From positions 169,378 to 233,377 of the IMG/VR virus record IMGVR_UViG_3300024239_000015: 64,000 nucleotides of DNA; one strand, written 5' to 3'. Shown in pieces: positions 19,520-29,126 of this stretch (positions are counted from its first letter, which is position 1; every line of letters starts with the position of its first letter). The notes under the pieces were generated by a model. That model did no database searches and was not told the DNA's origin. It saw nothing but the letters and a program-made list of their open reading frames with translations. Position numbers and translations under genes: made by a program.

Positions 19520-21007
19520 TTACGCGTATTGAGCCACAGACGCAGTAGCGTAACTCAGAGACTCTTGGGCTGACATCTTACACAGCTTCATCGACATCCG
19601 AGAGAACTTACCGCTTGCGCTAACGGTATTACGTACTAAAGACAGCACACCTGACAGCTGTTTAGAGACATCAGCCGGAACGTCTTTCAAACCACCTGCG
19701 CGGCTAGACAGAGAATCGCCAGCTTTCTTCAGTTCCTGCATTGTACGAGCCATCTCACCGTTCTTTTTGTCGTACGCTAACGCAGTGTCGATCAGAGCCA
19801 TCGTTTCAGCAACGATATTCTTACACGTTTTCACATCGGCTGTAGGTACGGTCTCAGGAATCGCTTTTTTCTCACCGCCTTCTTTAGAGACTAAGCTCTT
19901 CAGACTAGCTAGTAAAGCGTCCAGATACACTTTCACGATTTCGTAACCTTTCATCGTCTTTGGTTCTGAGTCGTAGACGCGATAAGAAATCACGTAGTCG
20001 CCGAAAAATGGCTTAGTTTCGTACTCGGTGTACTCACGACCGTTTTCGTCTTTCCCTTTGGACTCACTGCCGTGCTTGCCTTCCAGGAAGTTCATGTTGG
20101 TACTTTTGAGATTACCGACGTCGACCGCTTCCAGCCCTGACTTCAGAGAGTCTACTGAGGATGCGTTGATCCCTTCGATCATCGCTGTGGCGAACTGCAG
20201 TAAGGCTAAGTCTGGACCTTCACCAGTGAAGGCGGTTTTGGCTAAGTCCTGCGTCTGACCTAAGATTTGCAGCACGTCAGGGAACTTACCGTCGATCAAC
20301 ATGGACTTAAACTGCTTGCCAGGCAGAGTCTCACTCTTCGCTTTCGCAGAATCACCCAAACCATCCAGTTTCGCTTTCAACGCTTCAGCTTTCTTCTTCG
20401 CTTGGCCTAAAATAGTGAAGTTCTGTTTGAAGAACGTAGCGACTTTTTCGATGAAGGTTTTGATCATGTTCGCGACCATTTTCCAGATTTCAACGATACG
20501 TTCTTTGAAGCCTTCTACCGATAACGTCACAGACTCGTTAGAGACTTGCTCTACGGGTAAACCGACTTCTTCTACCAGCTCATTACCGTATGCATTGGCG
20601 TAGCCTAAGGCAGCATCATTTAACTTACCTGCTTCGTGGTCAGTTTCCATCTGCTCGACTAAAGACTCCAACGCTTCAGCGACTTCAGTAGCGGTATCGA
20701 TACCGTCTTCCACTTCTTCCAGGTCGTCTTCAGTTTCTGCTAACGCTTCTGCTTCTGGTGTGGTATCCAGATCGCTATCCACGTCAATGACGATTTCTGT
20801 AGTCGCTGCGTCAGACGCACCGCTGTCTGTAGTTACTTCAGTGGTCGTAGTGGCAGCCACAGAAGCATCTGTAGTTTGTGTGTCTTCACCGGTTGTCGTT
20901 GCCACACCAGTATCTTCACCTTGACCTTCAGCACCTTCGACTACAGAGGCTGTTGATGTAGCGTCTTCTTGTGACAGTTTTGAAAGTTTATGTAACAATA
21001 AAGCCAT
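19520..21007 (-). CDS. Internal head protein paralog
   Basis: Thr/Glu-rich propeptide, LSQE, ALES, LSVE-GFKERIVEIW. Confidence 0.75.
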   Translation of the reverse strand: MALLLHKLSKLSQEDATSTASVVEGAEGQGEDTGVATTTGEDTQTTDASVAATTTTEVTTDSGASDAATTEIVIDVDSDLDTTPEAEALAETEDDLEEVEDGIDTATEVAEALESLVEQMETDHEAGKLNDAALGYANAYGNELVEEVGLPVEQVSNESVTLSVEGFKERIVEIWKMVANMIKTFIEKVATFFKQNFTILGQAKKKAEALKAKLDGLGDSAKAKSETLPGKQFKSMLIDGKFPDVLQILGQTQDLAKTAFTGEGPDLALLQFATAMIEGINASSVDSLKSGLEAVDVGNLKSTNMNFLEGKHGSESKGKDENGREYTEYETKPFFGDYVISYRVYDSEPKTMKGYEIVKVYLDALLASLKSLVSKEGGEKKAIPETVPTADVKTCKNIVAETMALIDTALAYDKKNGEMARTMQELKKAGDSLSSRAGGLKDVPADVSKQLSGVLSLVRNTVSASGKFSRMSMKLCKMSAQESLSYATASVAQYA

Positions 21008-21056
21008 TGCTGACTCCTTTACTTAGTTTTTAAGAAAGTAAAGCGAGGGGACTCCC

Positions 21057-21566
21057 TCACTCGACGGTGCTACCAAACAGCACGTTTAACGTACAGATCA
21101 GATCAGCCATCCCATTGGGTTGGTTCACCCATTGGTACAGGTACGGCGCACTGACGTTAAACTTTTCAGACAGTTTGGTGGTGCGTTGAGGGCCCTCTGG
21201 GCTTTCAAAACGCTGTGCTCTGAACTCTTCTGCAAGCAGTAACTGATTGCTCGATAAGTTCAGTTGACGATGGCCAGTTTGGACAAACCGACACGTTTCT
21301 TCTAACAAAACAAATCCAGAGCGTGTAAGCTTTGGATTGCGGTCTTGCGCGTCTAAAAAAGTACGGAAGTCAGTACCGAGTAAACGCTTGGCGTGTTTGA
21401 GCACCGCAATCCGGAAGGACATCGAAGCGATGTTGTTTCGGCCGTTACGGATGGTCTCGTACAACGCCACCCACGCGTGGTCTACGTCAGTGTCGTGTCT
21501 GGCTTGTTCTGGAGCGAGTGGAGTACGAAACCCCAGTGGGTAGTATTGATAGTTGAGTAAGTCCAT
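21057..21566 (-). CDS. Virion/head protein (phiKZ gp91-like position)
   Basis: 169 aa, synteny. Confidence 0.55.
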   Translation of the reverse strand: MDLLNYQYYPLGFRTPLAPEQARHDTDVDHAWVALYETIRNGRNNIASMSFRIAVLKHAKRLLGTDFRTFLDAQDRNPKLTRSGFVLLEETCRFVQTGHRQLNLSSNQLLLAEEFRAQRFESPEGPQRTTKLSEKFNVSAPYLYQWVNQPNGMADLICTLNVLFGSTVE

Positions 21567-21569
21567 ACC

Positions 21570-22511
21570 TTACTCCCGCATACCAGCGTCACGTTCCATT
21601 TCGATGATCTCGTTAGTGATCAGCAACATCCGCTTTTCCTGCACATCAATCATCTTTTCCAATGCAGCGTCTTGCTGACCACTGCGTTGTTTCTTTAAGT
21701 GCATTAAACGTAGCTCTAACGACTTCTGCTCTTCCACTGCTTCGTGGTACTTCGCTGTTTGCCATTCGGCAATCGCTAAACGGACGTGGTAGATGGGGTT
21801 GTACCGATGGTTGATAAACCCAAAACGCATTGGATCGACGATGTCACGGCCATGGACCTGTACTGCAGCATCGATGTTCTTCAGATCCAGAGTGATCTCT
21901 GGCGCAGACTCAATCGCCGATACAAACTCTTCTGTCGTGTGTAAGAAGATCTGTAAGTAACGAGCAAACATCGTCAGGCCGTCGTTCAGTTTCTTTTGTT
22001 CCACGGCATTCAGTGGAGCGGGGATGTCACCCCCACCATTCGCGATTAACTCTTGATGGTACGTCCACAGCAGTAACTTACGTGCGTAGCTCACAGTAAA
22101 CGACATACCTTCTAACGCACGGATCACCGACGTGGAACGGTACGTCAAACCAAACTTAGAGATCTCATTGCTGTCTTCTGCAGCAACGTTCTGCTCCAAC
22201 CATTCCAGTTTCGCAGGTAAGGTTTGTAACGCACGGTACACGATCTCGATGTAGTTACCGCGTTGTCCACGTAACTGACCCATTAAGTACGTGTTGGTGT
22301 CTTTACACCACGCAGACTTCAAGGTTTGAAACACACGTTCATCCACCGCACTTTTGTATGGAGGTAATGTGTGGTTCTTCAGGATGTCTAACGTCGCTTT
22401 GGCGTCGTTTAGTACATCATTTCGTTTGAAAGAAGGCAGTAAACCTTTCAGGTAATCTTTGATACCAGACAGATCTACGTAGGCTTCTTCGGTGTAATTC
22501 ACATGGCTCAT
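21570..22511 (-). CDS. Internal head protein (phiKZ gp90-like)
   Basis: 'NPIYHVRLAIAEWQ' plus C-terminal coiled coil; synteny. Confidence 0.65.
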   Translation of the reverse strand: MSHVNYTEEAYVDLSGIKDYLKGLLPSFKRNDVLNDAKATLDILKNHTLPPYKSAVDERVFQTLKSAWCKDTNTYLMGQLRGQRGNYIEIVYRALQTLPAKLEWLEQNVAAEDSNEISKFGLTYRSTSVIRALEGMSFTVSYARKLLLWTYHQELIANGGGDIPAPLNAVEQKKLNDGLTMFARYLQIFLHTTEEFVSAIESAPEITLDLKNIDAAVQVHGRDIVDPMRFGFINHRYNPIYHVRLAIAEWQTAKYHEAVEEQKSLELRLMHLKKQRSGQQDAALEKMIDVQEKRMLLITNEIIEMERDAGMRE

Positions 22512-22523
22512 GGAGAGGCTCCG

Positions 22524-23603
22524 TTAGAAACTAGGCGCAGTGGCTGCGCGGTAGGCTTTTAAAATACTTTCGATGTCAGGACCTGTCCCTTTGTTGGCAG
22601 ACTTTAAGTCACGCAACAACAGTTTAGTCGGCAATGCCACACCACGATGGTAGATCTTGATCTCACCGAGTTCACGGTCGATCACACACAGTAACATCAA
22701 AGCGGACTTCACAAACAGACGCTGACGGGACGTAGGGTCTTTAAACGTCATCAGAAGCTCACGTTCGATTTGCAACTGTGTATCCGTAGGGATCACCAGC
22801 ATCGCGGAGGCACTGGCTACAGACAAATTACCAGAGGCTAAACCGGCTAATTTACTACCGCGTTCGTTGCCTAATAAAGCAGCATAAATGCCGTCTTTGT
22901 CGCGCATCATACCGCGCTTGTCCATCTGGATAATGTCTTCTGCTAACACGATGTCCCGGATAAAACGAATTGCACCTGCTTTCCATTGATACTTCCGCTC
23001 TTTCGCCGTGTATTCACTCCCAGCACTACGTAAGTTGTCCAGTAAGACGTCTTGACGTATAGCGATCGGCTGCAACTGGACGGTCACCGGCACGACGATC
23101 TTGTTCTTCCCGTCAGAGAACTCAACGTCTAACACTTTACCGACAGCTAGGTTATCTGCTTCGCGTAAACCTTGCACACCACCACGGCCTGCACCTGCAG
23201 TAATTGCACCTGGACCGGAATCATGTGCTTCTTGGGCTAAGCGACGATAATTCGGAAGACTCTTACGGAAGTCTTCTTGGCTTAGTCCGGTTAACACACT
23301 GCCGAGCGCACTACGGTTTGGGTTGAATTTATCCAACCGTGCAGAGATCGACATATCACCCAATTTATTGGAGATCGCCACTGCTTGTAAGTAGTAAGCA
23401 GAGAACATTGACGTCAAGGTTTGTAACACGTCAGAAATGAAAGGTTCGTGTTCGATACTGGAGTCAATCAGTACGATGGGTTGTACCCGACTGGCCTGTG
23501 TGTATTCCACCAGACTGTCGGCTCCTTCTTGACGCATTTGTCCAAGAAGCTTCGCGACACTCGACGCGGCTTCTAAAACGGTAACTGTAGCTGGTGTATA
23601 CAT
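22524..23603 (-). CDS. Internal head protein (phiKZ gp89-like)
   Basis: 'DSLVEYT..RVQPIVLID', 'YYLQAV', SQE/AQE sites, 'NLAVGK'. Confidence 0.65.
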   Translation of the reverse strand: MYTPATVTVLEAASSVAKLLGQMRQEGADSLVEYTQASRVQPIVLIDSSIEHEPFISDVLQTLTSMFSAYYLQAVAISNKLGDMSISARLDKFNPNRSALGSVLTGLSQEDFRKSLPNYRRLAQEAHDSGPGAITAGAGRGGVQGLREADNLAVGKVLDVEFSDGKNKIVVPVTVQLQPIAIRQDVLLDNLRSAGSEYTAKERKYQWKAGAIRFIRDIVLAEDIIQMDKRGMMRDKDGIYAALLGNERGSKLAGLASGNLSVASASAMLVIPTDTQLQIERELLMTFKDPTSRQRLFVKSALMLLCVIDRELGEIKIYHRGVALPTKLLLRDLKSANKGTGPDIESILKAYRAATAPSF

Positions 23604-23638
23604 ACATCCTCACTCTTAAGAAAAAAAAGGTTTAACAC

Positions 23639-24730
23639 ATGGCTAATAAAGAAGAGTTAATCCGCCAGGCGATTGATACCATCGCCCGTACGACAGGCGG
23701 GGGTGACTTCTCGACAGCGTACGCAAATATGCTGTTTGGGATTAACCACAGGGGGTTAGGCTCGCCCTTAAAACTCCACCATGATAATGGAGGGATCACG
23801 TTCTTCACGCGGCCAGACCTAAATCTAACATACGATAACCTCTCAGGGGTGAGGCCGCTATCGCCACTTTTAACCCAAGACGAATACACGATCCAACGCG
23901 CAGTACGAAGTTTGTTAGATCCGAGGAACAGTCGGGGGATGACGTACAAGTACGATCGTCTTTTTAATTCAGGAACCATGCCTCCTGGGAAGATCACTTC
24001 TCCGCTGATTGACGACCACTTACCGTTCATTACGTTACTGACCAACAACTTGATTTCTCTCACGGGCTGGCCAGATCAGGTGGCACAGTTTTATGAGTCT
24101 CGTGCTGGTGTGCGTAAAGAGGTGTATGGTCACATCGACTCACACGTGAGGATCACCACACCGTTTGACTTAACGGCAACGTTTCGTAACGTAGACGGTG
24201 ATCCGATTTCGTTATTACTGGCGGTGTGGTTACTGTACGCAAGCTCTGTGTACGTGGGGGACATGGTTCCTTACAACGATCACATCGTTCGTCGGAGTAT
24301 TGACTACAATACACGAATCTACCACTTTGACTTAGACCCTTCGCGTCGTTGGGTGACTAAAACCTTTGCGATCGGTGCTGGATTTCCTTACACGAATCCC
24401 ACTGGTGTTGCAGCGAATTTTAACCGTGACCGCACGTTTGTGGAAGGGAGCGATCAGATCACCGCACAGTTCCGATGCTACGGGATGGACTACAACGATC
24501 CGATTACGATTGAAGAGTTCAATCGGTTAGTGAGCTGGTATAACCCCGCAATGACGATTCTACAAGTCCGTGAGTCTACAGTCGTGCTCAAAGGACAAAA
24601 CATGATTCAGTTACGTGAACGTGACCTTGTGTATGGAAACTTCCGTGGGTATCCGTTGATACACCCACTGACCAACGAGCTGATGTGGTTTGTTACACGA
24701 GATCAATACAACTCCATTAAAGTAGGGTAA
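23639..24730 (+). CDS. Virion structural/baseplate protein (phiKZ gp88-like)
   Basis: 'GITFFTRPDLNLTYDN', 'IDYNTRIY'; divergent from the gp89-like gene. Confidence 0.65.
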   Translation: MANKEELIRQAIDTIARTTGGGDFSTAYANMLFGINHRGLGSPLKLHHDNGGITFFTRPDLNLTYDNLSGVRPLSPLLTQDEYTIQRAVRSLLDPRNSRGMTYKYDRLFNSGTMPPGKITSPLIDDHLPFITLLTNNLISLTGWPDQVAQFYESRAGVRKEVYGHIDSHVRITTPFDLTATFRNVDGDPISLLLAVWLLYASSVYVGDMVPYNDHIVRRSIDYNTRIYHFDLDPSRRWVTKTFAIGAGFPYTNPTGVAANFNRDRTFVEGSDQITAQFRCYGMDYNDPITIEEFNRLVSWYNPAMTILQVRESTVVLKGQNMIQLRERDLVYGNFRGYPLIHPLTNELMWFVTRDQYNSIKVG

Positions 24731-24737
24731 TTCAGAT

Positions 24738-27644
24738 ATGTCTTCTGTGACTCAATTAAACGACCAGCTGGATCTGGTTAGAAACAACCCCATGTTGATT
24801 CAAGAGTTGCAACTAGCAACCTTGGAAGAAGCATTAAACGGAGCTTTCGACGTTGTGGATGCGACGTCTCCTTTTGTGCACTTGATGGAGTCTGCTGCTG
24901 TGACCACAGCTAGTCTACACCGTCACTTAGAAACGATCGACCGTCGTCGTGCACCACAGCGTGCTCTTACAAGAGAAGACTTGTACTTACACATGTCGGA
25001 TGACGATTACCTTGGTGTGTTTGGTCAGTACAGTACTGCACCTTTTCGGATGTTTATCTCTGAAGCGGAAATCCGTCAACGCGCAGTGGTTACGGCTGAC
25101 GGCGTAACACGTAAGTTAGTGATTCCAAGAGGAACGGTGATTCGTCCGAATGACATACCGTTTACGTTACAGTACCCGTTGGAGATTCGAGTACTGGCGT
25201 CAGGTGGAATACAAGTTCTGTACGACACAGACGTGGTGTCTCCTTTACAGCAGATTGAAAGTAACATCGTCAACTGGTACTTAAACGACATCTCGGGTGT
25301 ACGCCACATTGAGTTTGAGTTTACTGTTCCCCAGTTAGAAGTTACCACGTTTATCGACACCCCGAATGTTTCTGTGGGGTATAAACAGTTGATCAACTTC
25401 CCTGATCAGTTTTACTACTGTCGGGTGTATGGCGCAAACGAAGACGGAAGTTTCACCGAATACAAAACCACGCACGATGCGATCACCTACGACCCTACAG
25501 AGGTCACCGCTGTACTGAAGGTATTAGACAATCAGTTACAGGTACAGATTCCTCTGGTGTATCTAACCGCCGGGTTGGTATCGAATCAATTACGGATTGA
25601 TATCTACACGACCCGTGGGGATTTCACACAAGACTTACGAGACTACAACGTCAACGCATTTCCAGCAGAGTGGGGTACAGAGTACACTGCAGATCAAAGC
25701 GTATTTAGCGCACCACTGAGCTTGATTGCCAGTAAAGGTATTTACTCTGCAGGGATTTGTCAAGGCGGCAGAAACGCACTGACGACAGAAGAGCTACGTG
25801 CTCGTGTGATGGCGGGGATCTCTCCTCGTCAAACGCCTATCACTCCACTGGAGCTAGAAGCTAAACTGACGTCATTAGGGTACAGTGTCATTAAGTCCGT
25901 AGACCGTTTGACGACGCGTAAATACTTAGCGTCTCGTGGGTTACCGACAATCGCTGGGTATAAGTTCAACTCTGGTGCTGCGTGTACTATCGATACCTTA
26001 CAAACGTCGTACAGTCAGTTGGAGTTACTGGCAACTGTCCGTAGAAACGGTGAGCGGTTAACTGTGCTCTCTAACACGTTATTGCAATACAAAGACGGTA
26101 CGTTGCAGCTAGTCCCCACGACAGAGATCCCTAATCCCACCGTACAAGGGAACGACACCGTAGCAAACATTCTAAACAATGGGACCTACGTGTATACTCC
26201 GTTTCATTACGTGCTGGATGCGACTGATAACCAGTTTAATGTGCGCGCGTTTTACTTAGACGCTCCTACGTTAAAGTCTCGTCGCTTCTTAACCGAGAAT
26301 GAGACCACTGGACTTTTTGTCACGACGGATGGATTCTTAATCCAGAAAACGGCAGAAGGGTATTTAGTCACTGTGAAAACCCGTTCTAGTGAGGTGTACA
26401 AAGCGTTAGCCCCAGAGCAGTTGCACGCACAGCTGTACTTTGTCCCTCCTGGAGAGTCGTCTGGTGCGTACGTCAACGGGACGGTGCGAGGAGTCGATCC
26501 TGACAGTAACGAGTATTACTGGGACTTTAGGGTCGTCACAAACTACGACGTGAGTGACACGAACGCGTTACTGCTGACTAACTTTACGATGTTTGATACC
26601 ACCCCGCAAGTGTTAGCAGCTCCACTGAACCACGAGTGGAGAATCGTTTATGGGGTCAGTGAGTACAACGTGGATGGGTTCCAGCGCACGAGTATCGACG
26701 ATCACTTAGGAATGCACTTACTCCCAGATGACACGCTAGGGTTAACGGAAGAGTTGCTGGTGCTGGAGTTAGGAGTGTATTTAGAGAGACTGTGGAGTAA
26801 TGGTCGTAGTGTAGCCAGTACGGTCACGTACGAACGACATCCTACGGACGTCTACCTCACGTACAAGTCTCCTGTGTACCGGACTGACCCAGTGACAGGA
26901 GCCGTGGTGTTAGAGCGTTTACCGGATGACACCTTTAAACGGACGGTGTTACACAACGTAGGGGACATCGTTTACGAAGACGGAGAACCCGTAGTGTTAT
27001 TCCCGGCAGGTTCAGTGGTGATTGACCCTGTTACGGAATTGCCAGTGATTGCAAACGGACGTACGGTATTACGTCAGGTGGACTTACTGCTGGTGGATGC
27101 AATCTACTTGTACGCTACCGTAGAGTCTGACATCGCCTACCGAGACAGTATCGCACAGACGTTAGTGGGGTACATCAACACGGAGATTGCGGCACTGAAC
27201 GCACAGCTGTACGATCGTACAGAGTTGTACTACTACCCCAATAAAAACATCGGGTTTATCAACGTCATCGCCGATGACCAAAGACGCTTGCAGATTCCAT
27301 CGAGTCTGTCGTTTGTGGTACGGTGTTACCTGTCGGAGACGAAGTACTTGGACGACAAAGTACGGGAAGTGATTCGTACTGCAGTGAAAGCGACGATTGC
27401 TTCTGCACTAACACGCACGACGGTATCGTTGGATAGTTTGATCGTTCAGTTACGTACGGCACTTGGGGATGACGTGATTTCTATAGACTTAGAGAAACTC
27501 GGTCCTTCTAAAGACATCTCTACGTTTACTGTAGCGGACAGCGCAGACCGTGCTTCTGTGAAACGGGTTTTGGAGTTACTACCGAACAACCGTTTAAACG
27601 TCATAGAAGACGTGCTGGTGGATTTTAAACGACATACGGCATAA
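24738..27644 (+). CDS. Baseplate wedge-like structural protein (phiKZ gp87-like)
   Basis: 968 aa; 'TSPFVHLMES', 'DLYLHMSDDDY', 'GGRNALTTEELR'. Confidence 0.7.
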   Translation: MSSVTQLNDQLDLVRNNPMLIQELQLATLEEALNGAFDVVDATSPFVHLMESAAVTTASLHRHLETIDRRRAPQRALTREDLYLHMSDDDYLGVFGQYSTAPFRMFISEAEIRQRAVVTADGVTRKLVIPRGTVIRPNDIPFTLQYPLEIRVLASGGIQVLYDTDVVSPLQQIESNIVNWYLNDISGVRHIEFEFTVPQLEVTTFIDTPNVSVGYKQLINFPDQFYYCRVYGANEDGSFTEYKTTHDAITYDPTEVTAVLKVLDNQLQVQIPLVYLTAGLVSNQLRIDIYTTRGDFTQDLRDYNVNAFPAEWGTEYTADQSVFSAPLSLIASKGIYSAGICQGGRNALTTEELRARVMAGISPRQTPITPLELEAKLTSLGYSVIKSVDRLTTRKYLASRGLPTIAGYKFNSGAACTIDTLQTSYSQLELLATVRRNGERLTVLSNTLLQYKDGTLQLVPTTEIPNPTVQGNDTVANILNNGTYVYTPFHYVLDATDNQFNVRAFYLDAPTLKSRRFLTENETTGLFVTTDGFLIQKTAEGYLVTVKTRSSEVYKALAPEQLHAQLYFVPPGESSGAYVNGTVRGVDPDSNEYYWDFRVVTNYDVSDTNALLLTNFTMFDTTPQVLAAPLNHEWRIVYGVSEYNVDGFQRTSIDDHLGMHLLPDDTLGLTEELLVLELGVYLERLWSNGRSVASTVTYERHPTDVYLTYKSPVYRTDPVTGAVVLERLPDDTFKRTVLHNVGDIVYEDGEPVVLFPAGSVVIDPVTELPVIANGRTVLRQVDLLLVDAIYLYATVESDIAYRDSIAQTLVGYINTEIAALNAQLYDRTELYYYPNKNIGFINVIADDQRRLQIPSSLSFVVRCYLSETKYLDDKVREVIRTAVKATIASALTRTTVSLDSLIVQLRTALGDDVISIDLEKLGPSKDISTFTVADSADRASVKRVLELLPNNRLNVIEDVLVDFKRHTA

Positions 27645-27647
27645 AGC

Positions 27648-27682
27648 AGCATACAGGGAGGCTTCGCGCCTCCCTGTATGCT
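27648..27682. terminator. Bidirectional terminator between convergent genes
   Basis: AGCATACAGGGAGGC-TTCGC-GCCTCCCTGTATGCT. Confidence 0.8.
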
Positions 27683-27691
27683 TGGTGTGAC

Positions 27692-29059
27692 TTAAGATTT
27701 AAGTTCTTTGTTCAGCCCGTGGGCAACATAAGCACCCACTGTGGTGATCTCTTTAAGGTTAGCTCGTGCGTATGCCATGGTAGCGTCTAACATTTCGTTA
27801 GAGTACTTAGCTGCCACAGTACTGAACTGTGAACTTGCGCGAATCATCGCTTTCACAACACTAACAGCGTGGCTTGAAGTCGCTCTTACACTATCGTCAG
27901 CACCTTTAGCATCTGCGTGACCCGCTAACACTCCTGCTGATTTTAAAACACGATCCATCTCGTCCGACAAAGACTTTTCAACGGTAGCGTATTTTAAAAG
28001 ATCAGCGCTAATCTTTTTCACCTTTTCCAGAAGAAGTGTCAGTTCCTTGGCGTTTAGTCCAGGTACTTCCGTAAATTTAACGTCTTGTAACGTAGAGTTG
28101 TCCATATAAACTGAATGTTTCTCATACTGCTGTGCGACGTGTGCCCAATAGTCAGAACTTCCTTTACCGGAGTCTTCGTTCTGAACGACATTACCTTTCC
28201 AGATCCAAATTAAACGGCGATCGCCTAGCAGGATGTCGCTGGTTAGGGTTTTGTACTCCTTACTGCGGCGACTTTCCGGTGCGGCGTGAGTCTCGCGTAA
28301 GAACGTGTTGGCTGTGTCGTAACCCAATCTGACGTTTCGGTATTTATCCAACACCGCAGTAAACGCGTTTGAATCGTCAACCACTTTCACCATCTCATCG
28401 AGTTGTTCTCGAACTAACTTTAAATGATCGACGTATTTGGTAGATACTTCATCAAACGCATACGCCATGACTTGCTCTACGCAAAACAATCCGTCTAGGG
28501 GTTGCCAAAATTCGCCTTTAGCATCCGTTAGTTTCTTCATTTCTAAAGTCGCTGGTATTGGTGGAGGTGCGGTATGCTCAGACACCTTCTTAAGGCGCGA
28601 GATCATCTGCTCGCATTCTTTCACGCGACGACCGGAAGCGCTAAAGAAAGACTGGAAGAAGAGATTCAATTTACGTAGGAATTCGGTTACGAACTTCTTC
28701 ACCATCTCCCACACTTCTTTGATGCGAGAGCCTACAGACTCAGCAGAGTACGACGACTCTAGGCCAGTTCGTAACCCACCTAAACCCACACGACTTAAGT
28801 GTACTTTGGCTAACGCGTTGGCGTAGCCTAAAGCTTCTGCGGATAACTTACCGTTGTCTGCGTCAGTCTGTACTTGGTTCGCTAAAGCCGACAGTTCGCC
28901 ATGGACGTCTAACGATTCGTCTAACGCCTCTTCGACTTCACCTAATTCTGCGGCTGCAGCCTCTACGCCGACCGTAGGCTCTTCCGAACCTTCTAAACGT
29001 TGTTCGATGATCGTCTCACTCTCTAAAGCAAGAAAGCGATTCAGTTTGTTCTTCGCCAT
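27692..29059 (-). CDS. Internal head protein paralog
   Basis: Start at MAKNKLNRFLALESE; N-terminal ~120 aa closely similar to 18126..19448. Confidence 0.75.
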   Translation of the reverse strand: MAKNKLNRFLALESETIIEQRLEGSEEPTVGVEAAAAELGEVEEALDESLDVHGELSALANQVQTDADNGKLSAEALGYANALAKVHLSRVGLGGLRTGLESSYSAESVGSRIKEVWEMVKKFVTEFLRKLNLFFQSFFSASGRRVKECEQMISRLKKVSEHTAPPPIPATLEMKKLTDAKGEFWQPLDGLFCVEQVMAYAFDEVSTKYVDHLKLVREQLDEMVKVVDDSNAFTAVLDKYRNVRLGYDTANTFLRETHAAPESRRSKEYKTLTSDILLGDRRLIWIWKGNVVQNEDSGKGSSDYWAHVAQQYEKHSVYMDNSTLQDVKFTEVPGLNAKELTLLLEKVKKISADLLKYATVEKSLSDEMDRVLKSAGVLAGHADAKGADDSVRATSSHAVSVVKAMIRASSQFSTVAAKYSNEMLDATMAYARANLKEITTVGAYVAHGLNKELKS

Positions 29060-29126
29060 AATTAAAAACTCTCTTCGAAATTTAACCGAAAAAAAGCGAG
29101 GGCAAACACCCTCGCTGCTCATAAAA

